Source of the DNA: an uncultured Elusimicrobia bacterium
GTDB taxonomy: Bacteria; Elusimicrobiota; Elusimicrobia; 2-01-FULL-59-12
Direction: 5' to 3'
Assembly (NCBI GenBank): GCA_964441955.1
Contig: CAYTWA010000002.1
Span: 137,170 to 169,169 of the forward strand
Length of the DNA: 32,000 nucleotides
This document shows positions 1 through 9,033 of this stretch, piece by piece. How positions within the stretch are numbered: position 1 is the first letter of the stretch; each line of letters starts with the position of its first letter. The translations under genes were made by a program, and so were the position numbers. Under the pieces are notes generated by a model. That model did not search any database, had not been told where the DNA came from, and was given only the letters and a program-made list of their open reading frames with translations.

Positions 1-46
1 CGCTTACCTACTGAAGCTTCCGGACGGCTCCGAGGTTCCCATTTTC

Positions 47-1390
47 ATGCGGCGCCCTGTCTTGAAGGATGTCGCACTTGCACTTGTCATGGCTGGGCAT
101 GTCGTCTGGGTAAACAATGCTCTTTGTTGGGTGATTCGCGGTGGCAGCGACAAGGTGATCATGAACTCTTTCGAAAAGGCCTTGGATTATGTCCATCAGT
201 TGATCGCAAAGGGCCGCCTGGTAGAGGCTGACGCATTGCTTTTTAGCCTTAAGACCACATTTCAGCAATATAGTCTTGACGAATTATTCGCCTATTGGAA
301 TGATCAATTTCCGATCTCCACTGCGTTCATTCCGCTAAATGCCTCTCAACGCTACACGGAAAACTTGGAATATCTCCTACAGACTTTAGCAAACGAGGTG
401 ATTCAGACGGTGCCGACAATCACCAAACAGCAACAGCAAAACCCGACATTTATGAATCAATTAATGAACTATTTAGCAGTCTCCGAGACACTCAATTATG
501 ACGTGACGGTCGTCTTGAACGAAGATTTAACCAGAGAATTAGGAATCAAAAATCGTTTGGTCAGGGTGGTTTTCCGCAAACCGGAAATTCCTACAGTGCA
601 AAATTTGGGGATCCTTTTGGCCCAGCGTTTTCCGCTTTTCCATCAACGATCTGAGATTGCAATACAAGTGGACGGGACATTCGTGGAGCGGGAGGCCCAC
701 CTAATACGTCCGAACGAATCGGTGGCGGCTTACGCTGGAATGAAATCGGTGGCGGGGGCTCGTCTTCCGTACTACGACGCGGAAAGTTTACTGCAGACGC
801 CTATCGATTTGCCGCTAGACGGATATCCAAAGGAGGTGCGCGACCTGCTGATTCGAGTGGCTCGAGCGGAATCCGATTTCCAGGAGGAATGGATTCGCCT
901 AGTTCGATTGGATTTATCAGGCGATTGCAGAACCCATGCCCAGCGCGCGTTTGCCGCGCTCCTCCTCGCGCATAGTTTCGCGGATGTGTCGGACATCCTC
1001 GACTTTATCGCAGCACCTCATTTCGATTGGCTGGAAATGGAGGCCATGGTTAGAAAGCTAAATGATCGATATGCCCAACGGCCAGAGGACATTGAGGACC
1101 GTTTAATCCCTGATCTTCCATGGTCGAGGCTACGAGCGAGCATCCTCAGTGAAGATCGTTACATCCATGATCCGCGTCTTGAGGGTTTTGTCAATGCTGA
1201 CGACCTGCGCGGGGTGCGCCGTTTGTCGGCTTCGACAGTCGAGGAGGAAGCCCACTTGTGGGCAGCATCGAATCTGACTGAAGACCAGTACAACGATATG
1301 CTAAGCCGTATCTATGCGGCTATCAAGAACCATATCATTCGTTTTACGCCGCCCGTACCGGCTCCAACAGCCCTATTGTCTGCCGGCTAA
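47..1390 (+). CDS. hypothetical protein, no recognisable domain
   Basis: Long uninterrupted ORF. The frame is open back to the window edge, so the true 5' end may lie upstream. An internal ATG at 161 preceded by AAGGTGA is an alternative start. No motif I recognise. Confidence 0.55.
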   Translation: MRRPVLKDVALALVMAGHVVWVNNALCWVIRGGSDKVIMNSFEKALDYVHQLIAKGRLVEADALLFSLKTTFQQYSLDELFAYWNDQFPISTAFIPLNASQRYTENLEYLLQTLANEVIQTVPTITKQQQQNPTFMNQLMNYLAVSETLNYDVTVVLNEDLTRELGIKNRLVRVVFRKPEIPTVQNLGILLAQRFPLFHQRSEIAIQVDGTFVEREAHLIRPNESVAAYAGMKSVAGARLPYYDAESLLQTPIDLPLDGYPKEVRDLLIRVARAESDFQEEWIRLVRLDLSGDCRTHAQRAFAALLLAHSFADVSDILDFIAAPHFDWLEMEAMVRKLNDRYAQRPEDIEDRLIPDLPWSRLRASILSEDRYIHDPRLEGFVNADDLRGVRRLSASTVEEEAHLWAASNLTEDQYNDMLSRIYAAIKNHIIRFTPPVPAPTALLSAG

Positions 1391-1430
1391 GCGAAGGCGC
1401 CCCGCACAGAGTGTTTAGCATGAGGCATCG

Positions 1431-1562
1431 AACTGGATCAAATCTGTTTGGATTGATCCAGTTATGAGCCACCCAATGATCCAGTTGTTTCCGTCGAAAA
1501 ACAGGCAACTGGATCAACTGGATCAAAATTGTCAGTAAGATGTGCACCTCTTTGATCCAGTT
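1431..1562. repeat. Six copies of 10-bp motif AACTGGATCA / TGATCCAGTT in a convergent intergenic region
   Basis: Forward copies at 1431-1440, 1507-1516 and 1516-1525. Reverse-complement copies at 1454-1463, 1478-1487 and 1553-1562. All are exact. Neighbouring copies can pair into three hairpins. Each copy contains GATC. Confidence 0.85.
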
Positions 1563-1637
1563 AAAGTCCCGGGGGATACCGGGACGCTACATCATCGAAA
1601 TCGCGTTGAGCCCGTTTGCTGCGGCACCAAAACCTAT

Positions 1638-2069
1638 TTACGTTCGTTCCTGGTGACACCGAGACCTGGGCGTTGTGGGTAATCTTCGATCTTCGTTTCC
1701 TTCTCTGAAAAAGGTCTGAAAATCGAGGTATTCGGTGAGTCGCGCGAACTCGAATCGCACGCGATGTCGAGGGCTCGCGCAATAGAGGATTTTTCCATCC
1801 TTCAGTATTCGGTGGACCAAAAGAGGGGGTGCTTCTTCGAGGTCCACGATATCGATGTCGTTGGTTTTTAGGGCGCGAGACATACGGTCCCGTACGTTCA
1901 ATTTAAGAGCAAAACGCTTTTTTGGGTTCAGGCCGGATTTGGCCTGAAAGGCAAAATCAAAATCACTGAGCGGCCCTTGTTTCCCGCGTGCCGCGGAACC
2001 AAACAAATACAAGGTGTTGACGGGCAGCATTCGTATCGCCCGACATATTTTCTGTCTTGGAAAAATCAT
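1638..2069 (-). CDS. minimal nucleotidyltransferase (Pol-beta superfamily, MNT-like)
   Basis: The motif LYLFGSAARGKQGPLSDFDFAF matches the GS-x(n)-DxD nucleotidyltransferase signature. The start is uncertain: TTG at 2087, ATG at 2069 or ATG at 2030, none with a clear SD. Confidence 0.65.
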   Translation of the reverse strand: MIFPRQKICRAIRMLPVNTLYLFGSAARGKQGPLSDFDFAFQAKSGLNPKKRFALKLNVRDRMSRALKTNDIDIVDLEEAPPLLVHRILKDGKILYCASPRHRVRFEFARLTEYLDFQTFFREGNEDRRLPTTPRSRCHQERT

Positions 2070-2144
2070 GGCTGAATTGTATCTCAACGCGAATTCTTTG
2101 TTTTCGTTTTAGGGAAAATAAGCTGCCGAAGGCGGTCGCTTGCT

Positions 2145-3884
2145 GTGGCGGGCGATAAGTACAATTTCCACTCCGACATGGACAAAACTCAGGTTGCCGT
2201 TTTCATGGAAGAAATTGGGACCTTGCTTGAACTTAAAGGGGAAAATCCATTTAAGTCACGCGCCTACCACCAGGCGGCGCGCATCATTCCTGCGATCGAT
2301 CGCTTTGAAGAGCTTGTTCAAACAGGTCAGCTTACATCCATAAAAGGGATTGGCGAAGGCTTGGCTGAGAAGATCACCGAAATGGTGACGGCGGGCAAGT
2401 CGTCTTACCTCGAAGAATTGCAAAAAGGGCTGCCCGCTGGGCTCATGGAAATAATCCGCGTCCAGGGCGTGGGGCCTAAACGCGCCAAAATCCTCTACGA
2501 CAAACTCAAAATCAAGGATATTCCAGGCCTTGAGAAAGCGGCCAAAGAGGGAAAAATCGCCAAGCTGGAAGGTTTTGGCGAAAAATCGCAGGAGAATATT
2601 CTTAAGGGCCTTGCCTTTTTAGGCCAGCACGCCGAGTACCATCGCTACGACGAAGCCTTGGCGGCGGCCGAAAGCGTTTTAGCGGAGCTTAAGAAAATCC
2701 CAGGCATCCAGCGGATGTCGGTGTGCGGAAGTTTGCGGCGCCGCCGCGAAGTGATCCGCGATGTCGACATTTTGATCAGCTCCCAGAGCGGTAAAGCGGT
2801 ACTGGATAAAGTCGTCGAGCTCTCATGGGTCAAACGCGTGTTAGCCCACGGCGACACCAAGGTGAGCGTACTGTTTAAAAGCGGCATTCAAGTCGATGTG
2901 CGTGTTGTTCGTGACAAGGAATTCCCATACGCCCAACACTATTTCACAGGTTCCAAAGAACACAACATCCGCATGCGCCAACGCGCGATTGAAAAAGGCT
3001 GGAAGCTAAGCGAGTACGGTCTCTTCGATAAGGAAGAAACGCTCATCCCTTGCAAAGATGAAGCGGACATCTTCAAAAAACTGGGGCTGGGCTACATTCC
3101 TCCTGAATTGCGCGAAGATCGCGGGGAGATGGAGGCGGCTGAAGCCGGAAAACTGCCGAAACTCATCGAACCGTCCGATATTCGCGGCGCTTTTCACGTG
3201 CATAGCACCTGGTCGGATGGCCGTGCGACCTTGGAAGACATGATCGCGGAAGCGCAGGCGTTGGGCTGGGAGTATGTGGGAATCTCGGACCATTCCAAAT
3301 CCGCGGGCTACGCCAACGGCTTATCGGTAGAACGGGTGGCCGAGCAGCGCCAGGAGATTGAGCGGCTTCGCAAGCAATACAACATTCGAATTTTCTGGGG
3401 GACGGAGTGCGATATCCTGTCGGATGGCGCATTGGATTACCCGGACAAAGTGCTCGCCGCCTACGATTATGTCATCGCCTCCATCCATTCACATTTCACC
3501 CAGCCGCAGGAAGAGATCACGAAGCGACTGCTTAAAGCGATCCGCAGTCCCTACACCACCATTTTGGGGCATATGACGGGCCGTCTTCTGCTGCAGCGTG
3601 AAGGGTATAGGGTGGACGTGGAAACCGTCTTAAAAGCCGCCGCTGAAAATGACGTGGCAGTTGAAATCAACGCTCAACCTAAACGTTTTGATATCGATTG
3701 GCGCCACCTGCCAAAGGCCAAAGAGTTGGGCGTCCAATTGGTGATCAACCCCGATGCCCATGCCGTAGAGCAGCTGCATGTGATTCCTTTCGGGGTGGGG
3801 CTTGCTCGCAAAGGGTGGTTGACCAAAGACGACGTGCTCAACACATGGCCACTGGCCAAGATGGAAGCCTGGCTGGCCAAATGA
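2145..3884 (+). CDS. polX: family X DNA polymerase with C-terminal PHP phosphoesterase domain (PolX)
   Basis: HhH motifs (GIGEGLAEKI, GVGPKRAKIL), Pol-beta nucleotidyltransferase core (VCGSLRRRREVIRDVDILI) and PHP motif (FHVHSTWSDG ... ISDHS ... NPDAH). GTG start at 2145; alternative ATG at 2178. Confidence 0.9.
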   Translation: MAGDKYNFHSDMDKTQVAVFMEEIGTLLELKGENPFKSRAYHQAARIIPAIDRFEELVQTGQLTSIKGIGEGLAEKITEMVTAGKSSYLEELQKGLPAGLMEIIRVQGVGPKRAKILYDKLKIKDIPGLEKAAKEGKIAKLEGFGEKSQENILKGLAFLGQHAEYHRYDEALAAAESVLAELKKIPGIQRMSVCGSLRRRREVIRDVDILISSQSGKAVLDKVVELSWVKRVLAHGDTKVSVLFKSGIQVDVRVVRDKEFPYAQHYFTGSKEHNIRMRQRAIEKGWKLSEYGLFDKEETLIPCKDEADIFKKLGLGYIPPELREDRGEMEAAEAGKLPKLIEPSDIRGAFHVHSTWSDGRATLEDMIAEAQALGWEYVGISDHSKSAGYANGLSVERVAEQRQEIERLRKQYNIRIFWGTECDILSDGALDYPDKVLAAYDYVIASIHSHFTQPQEEITKRLLKAIRSPYTTILGHMTGRLLLQREGYRVDVETVLKAAAENDVAVEINAQPKRFDIDWRHLPKAKELGVQLVINPDAHAVEQLHVIPFGVGLARKGWLTKDDVLNTWPLAKMEAWLAK

Positions 3885-4594
3885 ACGACAACCCCGAGTA
3901 CATTAAGAGACTTCTCCCGTTACTCAAAAAACACTGGCCCAAACCATTGTGCGAGGTGAAGCACGAAAATGCTCTTCAACTGATGGTAGGCGTCATTCTT
4001 TCGGCGCAGTCGACCGATAAAACGGTCAACGACATCACCCCTGCGCTTTTCAAGAAATACCCCACGGCCAAAGCGTTTGCCGATGCCGATCCTCTTGATA
4101 TCGAGAAAATGATTTTCCGCTGTGGTTTCTTCCGGGCCAAAACCAAGTCGATCCAAAGGGCGTGTCGAATGTTGGTAGAAAAACATGGGGGCGAAATCCC
4201 CAAAACCATGGAAGATCTTCTCGAGCTTCCGGGGATCGGACGCAAAAGCGCCAATGTGATTTTAGGGGCTTGCTTCGGTATTACAGCCGGGATTGTGGTG
4301 GACACACACATGATAAGGCTTTGCACGGAGCGTTTGAAGCTTTCGCGAAACATAGACCCCGTCAAACTGGAAGCCGACCTCATGAAGATCGTTCCCCAAA
4401 AAAGCTGGATTTACTTCTCCCAGTCCATGGTGCTGCATGGCCGCTATATTTGTATCGCGCGCACGCCGCGTTGTTGGGAGTGTCATCTCATTAAAATGTG
4501 CCCCTATGCCGACAAGGTGCTCTCGACTAAATTAGAAGACAAAACATTCCCGTCCCGTCAAACGATTACCGGCGTTCCCGTTCTTGTCCGTTAG
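3881..4594 (+). CDS. nth: endonuclease III (DNA glycosylase/AP lyase)
   Basis: HhH-GPD motif LPGIGRKSANVIL, catalytic Asp (VVDTH) and a C-terminal Fe-S Cys cluster (CxxxxxxCxxCxxxxxC). The ATG at 3881 overlaps the polX stop (ATGA). The longer ORF from 3698 is an in-polX extension. Confidence 0.9.
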   Translation: MNDNPEYIKRLLPLLKKHWPKPLCEVKHENALQLMVGVILSAQSTDKTVNDITPALFKKYPTAKAFADADPLDIEKMIFRCGFFRAKTKSIQRACRMLVEKHGGEIPKTMEDLLELPGIGRKSANVILGACFGITAGIVVDTHMIRLCTERLKLSRNIDPVKLEADLMKIVPQKSWIYFSQSMVLHGRYICIARTPRCWECHLIKMCPYADKVLSTKLEDKTFPSRQTITGVPVLVR

Positions 4595-4597
4595 GGC

Positions 4598-5650
4598 ATG
4601 CAGACATTTTCCGATTGGATGCAGCACGCCTTGTACGGCCCCAAGGGGTATTACGCCTCCGGAGAGGCGCAAAGTGGACGCGAGGGAGATTATTTCACCG
4701 CGCCGGATACGGGGCTTGCCTTCGGCGTACTGCTCGGCGCCATTTTTGAGCAGTGGGCGGATTCCTTCGCCGCGCGGCCGTTTCATCTGGTCGAATGCGG
4801 GGCGGGCACCGGAAAGCTAGCCCGCCAGTTGGAGTCATGTCCGCTTCCTTACATGGCGATTGAAAAAAGCGCCGCGCGATTTAAAATTCTCCAAGAAACA
4901 AAGCGCGCGGGCATGACCGTTTATCCCGACCTTCTTTCCATCCCCGCACGCCCGCTCCACGGAGTCATTTTTTCCAATGAGTTGTTTGATGCGATGCCGG
5001 TTCACCGAATCCGAGTTCACGAGGGGCGGCTTCAAGAAGGTTTTGTCACTCCGCAAGGCGAAATGTTTTGGGGCAACCCCTCTACGCCGGCATTGGAAGC
5101 GTACTTCAGCCGCCTTCATCTCACGCTGCCGGAAGGATATGAAACGGAAGTCAATTTGGCGATGCGCGCGTGGATGAAGGAGGCCGCGCAAACGCTTCAA
5201 TCGGGTCTTGTCGTGGCCATCGATTACGGTCGCCCGGCCTGGCAATACTACGACCGCGAACGTAGCGGGGGCACTTTGCGTATCTTTAAAGATCACGTGG
5301 TTCGGAAATTAGGGTCAGCGACTCAAGTGACATTGGGCGTGGATCCCCCGGTCGATATGACCGCGGATATCGACTTCACCAGTTTAGCGCTGGATGGAAT
5401 CGAAACGGGTTTTGAGCCCATCGCGTTTATGGAGTTAGGGACGTTTCTCATGAATGGCGCGCGTGCCATCTTGGGAAAGGGGGACTACAAAGCCAAGGCG
5501 CCTTCGGGGATGCGCTATCTCCTTCATCCGGAGGGCATGGGCAGCGCCTTTCATGTGCTTGTGTTAGGCAAAGGAATCGATAAAAACGACTGGGCATTTG
5601 AAGGCAACCGCCTTTCTCGGTTAGGATTGCCCTCATGGCACTGCAAGTAG
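4598..5650 (+). CDS. SAM-dependent methyltransferase, MidA/NDUFAF7 (DUF185)-like
   Basis: N-terminal YGPKGYYASG...GDYFTAP and SAM-binding LVECGAGTGKLA, typical of the MidA family. The gene starts 4 nt after the nth stop. Confidence 0.7.
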   Translation: MQTFSDWMQHALYGPKGYYASGEAQSGREGDYFTAPDTGLAFGVLLGAIFEQWADSFAARPFHLVECGAGTGKLARQLESCPLPYMAIEKSAARFKILQETKRAGMTVYPDLLSIPARPLHGVIFSNELFDAMPVHRIRVHEGRLQEGFVTPQGEMFWGNPSTPALEAYFSRLHLTLPEGYETEVNLAMRAWMKEAAQTLQSGLVVAIDYGRPAWQYYDRERSGGTLRIFKDHVVRKLGSATQVTLGVDPPVDMTADIDFTSLALDGIETGFEPIAFMELGTFLMNGARAILGKGDYKAKAPSGMRYLLHPEGMGSAFHVLVLGKGIDKNDWAFEGNRLSRLGLPSWHCK

Positions 5651-6090
5651 GCGACAAAGCCCCCGACTTTGACTTAATGGCTGACCACGGCAAGCAAATC
5701 CGTCTGAAAGACCATGACGGGAAAAGCCTCGTGCTTTATTTCTATCCTAAAGACGATACCTCGGGCTGCACGAAAGAAGCTTGCGCCTTTCGCGATGATT
5801 TCTCGGCGTATGCCAAAAAAAACGCCGTCATCTTGGGGGTGAGTCTAGACCCCGTATTGTCGCACCAAAAATTTAAGAAGAAATACGACCTGCCGTTTCC
5901 ACTGCTGGCCGATGACGGGGCTACGGTGAGTAAGGCCTACGGCGTGTACAAACAAAAAAGCATGTACGGCCGCACCTATTGGGGTATCGAGCGTACGACA
6001 TTTGTGATCGGCACCGACCGCCGCATAAAAGGTATTTTCCCGAAAGTAAAAGTCGAGGGACATTCCGCGGAGATCCTGGCCGCTTTGTGA
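5635..6090 (+). CDS. bcp: thiol peroxidase / peroxiredoxin Bcp
   Basis: LVLYFYPKDDTSGCTKEACAFRD contains the peroxidatic Cys motif (PxDxTxGCT) of Bcp/PrxQ. Length 151 aa. Confidence 0.9.
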   Translation: MALQVGDKAPDFDLMADHGKQIRLKDHDGKSLVLYFYPKDDTSGCTKEACAFRDDFSAYAKKNAVILGVSLDPVLSHQKFKKKYDLPFPLLADDGATVSKAYGVYKQKSMYGRTYWGIERTTFVIGTDRRIKGIFPKVKVEGHSAEILAAL

Positions 6091-6731
6091 CCGAAGTCGA
6101 CGCGCTGTTGTTTGATTTAGACGGCACCCTCATTGATTCCACCCGCGACTTAGCCGAGTCCGTCCGCCACGTTCAAGCGCATTACCAGTGTCCTTTAAGT
6201 TCGGATTCCCAAGTGGCGGCCTTTATCGGGGATGGCATCGTCAAATTGGTAGAGCGCGCGGTCCCCGGTTTTACCGGCCCAAAGCTCCATGAAGCCGTCG
6301 ATTTGCTGAAAGCGTTTTATCGAACGCATTGCCTGGATCACACACGCCTCCTTCCCGGGGTAAACCAAGTTTTAGAGCATTACCGTACGAAAACCTTAAC
6401 GGTTGTGACGAATAAACCCGAACGCGTTTCGCGCCGCATTTTAAAGGGGCTAGGAATCGACGGGTATTTCAAAAGCGTTTTAGGCGGCGATTCACGGCCC
6501 ACCAAAAAGCCGGACCCGGAACCATTGTTATGGGTTTTAAATACGTTCCAAGTTCCGCCCCGCCGCGCGGTGATGGTGGGCGATGGCCCAAACGATGTTT
6601 TGGCAGGACGAGCGGCCGGGATATGGACAGCCTCGATTCGCTCAACGATTTCTCACAGCCAGCCGCCGACCCCACACAAGGCCGATATCGAGCTTCTCAA
6701 CTTGGCCGATTTGATGCGATTTTTCAACTAG
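6087..6731 (+). CDS. HAD-superfamily hydrolase, phosphoglycolate phosphatase-like
   Basis: HAD motif I (LLFDLDGTLIDS), motif II (VVTNKP) and motifs III/IV (KKPDPEPL ... MVGDGPNDVLAGRAAG). The GTG at 6087 overlaps the bcp stop (GTGA). The upstream part of the ORF from 5979 lies inside bcp. Confidence 0.75.
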   Translation: MTEVDALLFDLDGTLIDSTRDLAESVRHVQAHYQCPLSSDSQVAAFIGDGIVKLVERAVPGFTGPKLHEAVDLLKAFYRTHCLDHTRLLPGVNQVLEHYRTKTLTVVTNKPERVSRRILKGLGIDGYFKSVLGGDSRPTKKPDPEPLLWVLNTFQVPPRRAVMVGDGPNDVLAGRAAGIWTASIRSTISHSQPPTPHKADIELLNLADLMRFFN

Positions 6732-6789
6732 GATAAACGCCTTTAATCTCACCTCACAGACTTCTCAACACGCCGACAAAAATGAAAGA

Positions 6790-6817
6790 TTCAAATGTCA
6801 AAAACCCTCTCTAAATA
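6790..6817 (+). promoter_or_regulatory. possible sigma70-type promoter for the 6882-14723 operon
   Basis: TTCAAA (6790-6795), 16-nt spacer, TAAATA (6812-6817), in an AT-rich 150-bp intergenic region. Weak match. Confidence 0.25.
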
Positions 6818-6881
6818 AGCCTAATTAAACGTTACAGGATCTTTACTTTCGTTTGAGGTCGCTTCCCTTAATAAAGGATAC

Positions 6882-7832
6882 GTGCAAAGCAAAAAGTTTC
6901 TCTTTGCCATTCTCCTTTTCCTTCCCTGCTGGGTCTGGGGCTCGTTTGAAGAGCTGCCCACGGGCGCTCGTCAAGCCGGCATGGGCAGCGCCTTTTCTGC
7001 GCTAGCCGACGATGTCTACGCCGCCTATTACAACCCGGCCGGCCTCGTGCAGCTGCACCGCTCGGAATTTACCGCCTATTATTCGAAGCTTTATGCCGGT
7101 TTAGACGACGGCTCCTCGATCAGTCGCAATTACGTCGCCTACGGTCACCCAACGCGCCGCGGCACGTTGGGTTTCAGCTATCTTTCGCTTTCGCTCTCCG
7201 GACTTTATTCGGAATCGGTGATGGCGCTCCACTACGCGACGGCGATCAAAGATAAATGGAACATCGGCACGAGCCTCAAATTTTTGCGCAAATCGTTCGG
7301 CTCCGACGCATATACGGAAAACGCCATCAACTCAGACACGGGCGTCTCGCTCGGCGCGCCAGACCCGCTTTTTTCCCAAAACGGCTCTTCGAAATCGGGG
7401 ATGGCGCTTGATGCAGGCATCCAATACCGCCTCTCACGCCTCTACGGTTTAGGCTTTACCATCTTAAATCTCAACAGCCCGAATATGGCCATCGCCAGCT
7501 CGGACAGCGACCCAGTCTCGACGGTCTATAAAACAGGTTTGGCTCGCCGCACGAAGAGTTCCTCCGTGGATGCCGAAGTGTCGATGCGCCAATTTACGGG
7601 GAATGAATTTCGCATCAACATCGGCGGCGAACGCTGGCTCAAGGGCGGCTTCGGGTTCCGTGGGGGCTTGGGGTTTGGGCAGCGTCAGTACCAGATGACC
7701 TCCTTCGGCGTTTCATACCGCTGGGAAGCCCTCCAGTTCGACTACGCAATGCTCTACCCACTCTCTGGTGTTAAAACGGGGTTTGGGTCGCACCAGCTGT
7801 CCATGACGTTTCGATTTGGAAGGAAAAATTAG
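6882..7832 (+). CDS. outer-membrane beta-barrel protein (PorV/UPF0164/FadL-like N-terminal motif)
   Basis: Signal peptide MQSKKFLFAILLFLPCWVWG. The motif GARQAGMGSAFSALADDVYAAYYNPAGL is typical of this OMP group. Alternating amphipathic strands and a C-terminal ...LSMTFRF. GTG start with AAAGGA SD. Confidence 0.65.
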   Translation: MQSKKFLFAILLFLPCWVWGSFEELPTGARQAGMGSAFSALADDVYAAYYNPAGLVQLHRSEFTAYYSKLYAGLDDGSSISRNYVAYGHPTRRGTLGFSYLSLSLSGLYSESVMALHYATAIKDKWNIGTSLKFLRKSFGSDAYTENAINSDTGVSLGAPDPLFSQNGSSKSGMALDAGIQYRLSRLYGLGFTILNLNSPNMAIASSDSDPVSTVYKTGLARRTKSSSVDAEVSMRQFTGNEFRINIGGERWLKGGFGFRGGLGFGQRQYQMTSFGVSYRWEALQFDYAMLYPLSGVKTGFGSHQLSMTFRFGRKN

Positions 7833-7914
7833 CATGGTTTTACACTTTCGTTACAGGCTTGTGATGCGCACTTTACAGAGGGCCTTTAGACTCCTAGAGA
7901 GAGGTACAAACGCC

Positions 7915-9024
7915 ATGCGAATACTCCCGGCAATGATGGCAGGCTTGCTGATCCTGACGGGACCGGCTGCCTCCCTCCATGCCTGGAGTTGGGATGACGA
8001 TGAATCGATCGGGAAAGACGAACTGGAAACCCAGCTCTTAGGCTACCGCAAACGCGTCGAATCCGGCATCCCGCTTTCCGAACGCATCGTTCTTTTGGAC
8101 CGCCTCATCAAACTCTACGGAATTCATGGCCGAGATGCGAAAGCTCTCGAATTGGAACGCGCGCAGGTGATTGCCGACGAGCAGGCGGTCGCTAACGTGA
8201 GCGCGGCGTCGCGTGAAAAATCCCAAAGCCTTTTCCAACAGGCCTTCGAGCAGATTAAAAACGGTCATTTCCGTGAAGCGCAGCGCCTTTTGGTCGAAGC
8301 CGAACACCTAAACCCCCAGGACAAAATCATCAGCGATCTGCGCGCAAAGACCGACCAAGTGGCCGCCATTTTGGCGGAAGCGCCCCTCGACCCAACGGTC
8401 GGGGATTTAGTCAAGCGCGGGGTGTTGCAATATGTTCAAAACGAGCCGTCCAAAGCGCTTAATTTCCTTGTTTATGCGCAGCAAAAAGACGATACCAACC
8501 CGGATCTTCCGGCTTTGGTGGAATTGGCCAAACGAAGCGTCCCCGAATCGTCCGAAATTTTGGATACGCGTTTGAATTTAATCGACCAGAAGCTTCAGCG
8601 AGCCCTCGAGAAAATTTACTCCGGCGAATACTTGGTGGCCGCCAAAGAATGCCAAGAGGTCTTAGACCTTGAGCCGGATAACGCCTTGGCGCTCACCCGG
8701 TTAGGCTCTGTTTATTACGCCATGGGCCAGGTCAAGCAAGCGCGGTCCTATTGGAAGCAAGCGCAGACACTTGACCCCAAAAACAACGTGCTTAAAAGCT
8801 TTATGGACCAAACCGCCACGGAGGCCGACCGTGCGCCGGCTCAGGCGCTTACCTATAAGGTGGAAAAAGGCGATACCCTTCAAACGATTGCTGAAAAGGT
8901 CTACAAAAACAAAAGTGCCTGGCGGCGAATTTATGAGGCAAACCGGGCGTATATGAAAAACCCGTATCAATTAAGCGCCGGGCAAGTCCTGGTGCTGCCT
9001 CCGGGCGGCGTGTCGGCCCCCTAA
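7915..9024 (+). CDS. secreted TPR-repeat protein with C-terminal LysM peptidoglycan-binding domain
   Basis: ATG at 7915 after GAGAGAGG gives the signal peptide MRILPAMMAGLLILTGPAASLHA. TPR-like helices (e.g. YYAMGQVKQARSYWKQAQTLDPKN). C-terminal LysM (YKVEKGDTLQTIAEKVY...AGQVLVLP). Confidence 0.75.
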   Translation: MRILPAMMAGLLILTGPAASLHAWSWDDDESIGKDELETQLLGYRKRVESGIPLSERIVLLDRLIKLYGIHGRDAKALELERAQVIADEQAVANVSAASREKSQSLFQQAFEQIKNGHFREAQRLLVEAEHLNPQDKIISDLRAKTDQVAAILAEAPLDPTVGDLVKRGVLQYVQNEPSKALNFLVYAQQKDDTNPDLPALVELAKRSVPESSEILDTRLNLIDQKLQRALEKIYSGEYLVAAKECQEVLDLEPDNALALTRLGSVYYAMGQVKQARSYWKQAQTLDPKNNVLKSFMDQTATEADRAPAQALTYKVEKGDTLQTIAEKVYKNKSAWRRIYEANRAYMKNPYQLSAGQVLVLPPGGVSAP

Positions 9025-9033
9025 TGGAGTGAT

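Noticed and set aside
8-268. 86-aa minus-strand ORF at the window start
   Set aside because: It overlaps the 5' end of the long plus-strand ORF, has no supporting motif, and is truncated context at the window edge.
1344-1547. 67-aa minus-strand ORF as a HEPN partner of the MNT gene
   Set aside because: The sequence is generated by the 10-mer repeats (…LIQLIQL…) and has no Rx4-6H HEPN motif.
1431-1562. Replication origin (GATC cluster / DnaA boxes)
   Set aside because: There is no TTATCCACA-like DnaA box, no AT-rich unwinding element and no dnaA/dnaN nearby. GATC clustering is a consequence of the repeated 10-mer.
3698-3880. N-terminal 61-codon extension of the endonuclease III ORF
   Set aside because: It lies entirely inside polX in another frame and is Arg/Pro/Ala-rich. 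Nth homology begins at the ATG at 3881, which overlaps the polX stop.
4835-5296. Antisense 153-aa ORF inside the MidA-like gene. The same applies to 3976-4383, 10545-10952, 13119-13481, 13628-14056, 14258-14792, 16423-16767 and 19926-20321 on the minus strand.
   Set aside because: These are shadow ORFs opposite well-supported genes. They have Arg/Pro/Gly-rich composition, no motifs and no SD.
5979-6086. Upstream extension of the HAD phosphatase ORF
   Set aside because: It overlaps the bcp coding region. HAD motif I follows directly after the GTG at 6087, which overlaps the bcp stop.
7816-7914. Longer start for the TPR/LysM gene
   Set aside because: The ATG at 7915 has a good SD and yields a canonical signal peptide. 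The extension overlaps the OMP gene end and adds a non-signal N-terminus. It is not fully excluded.
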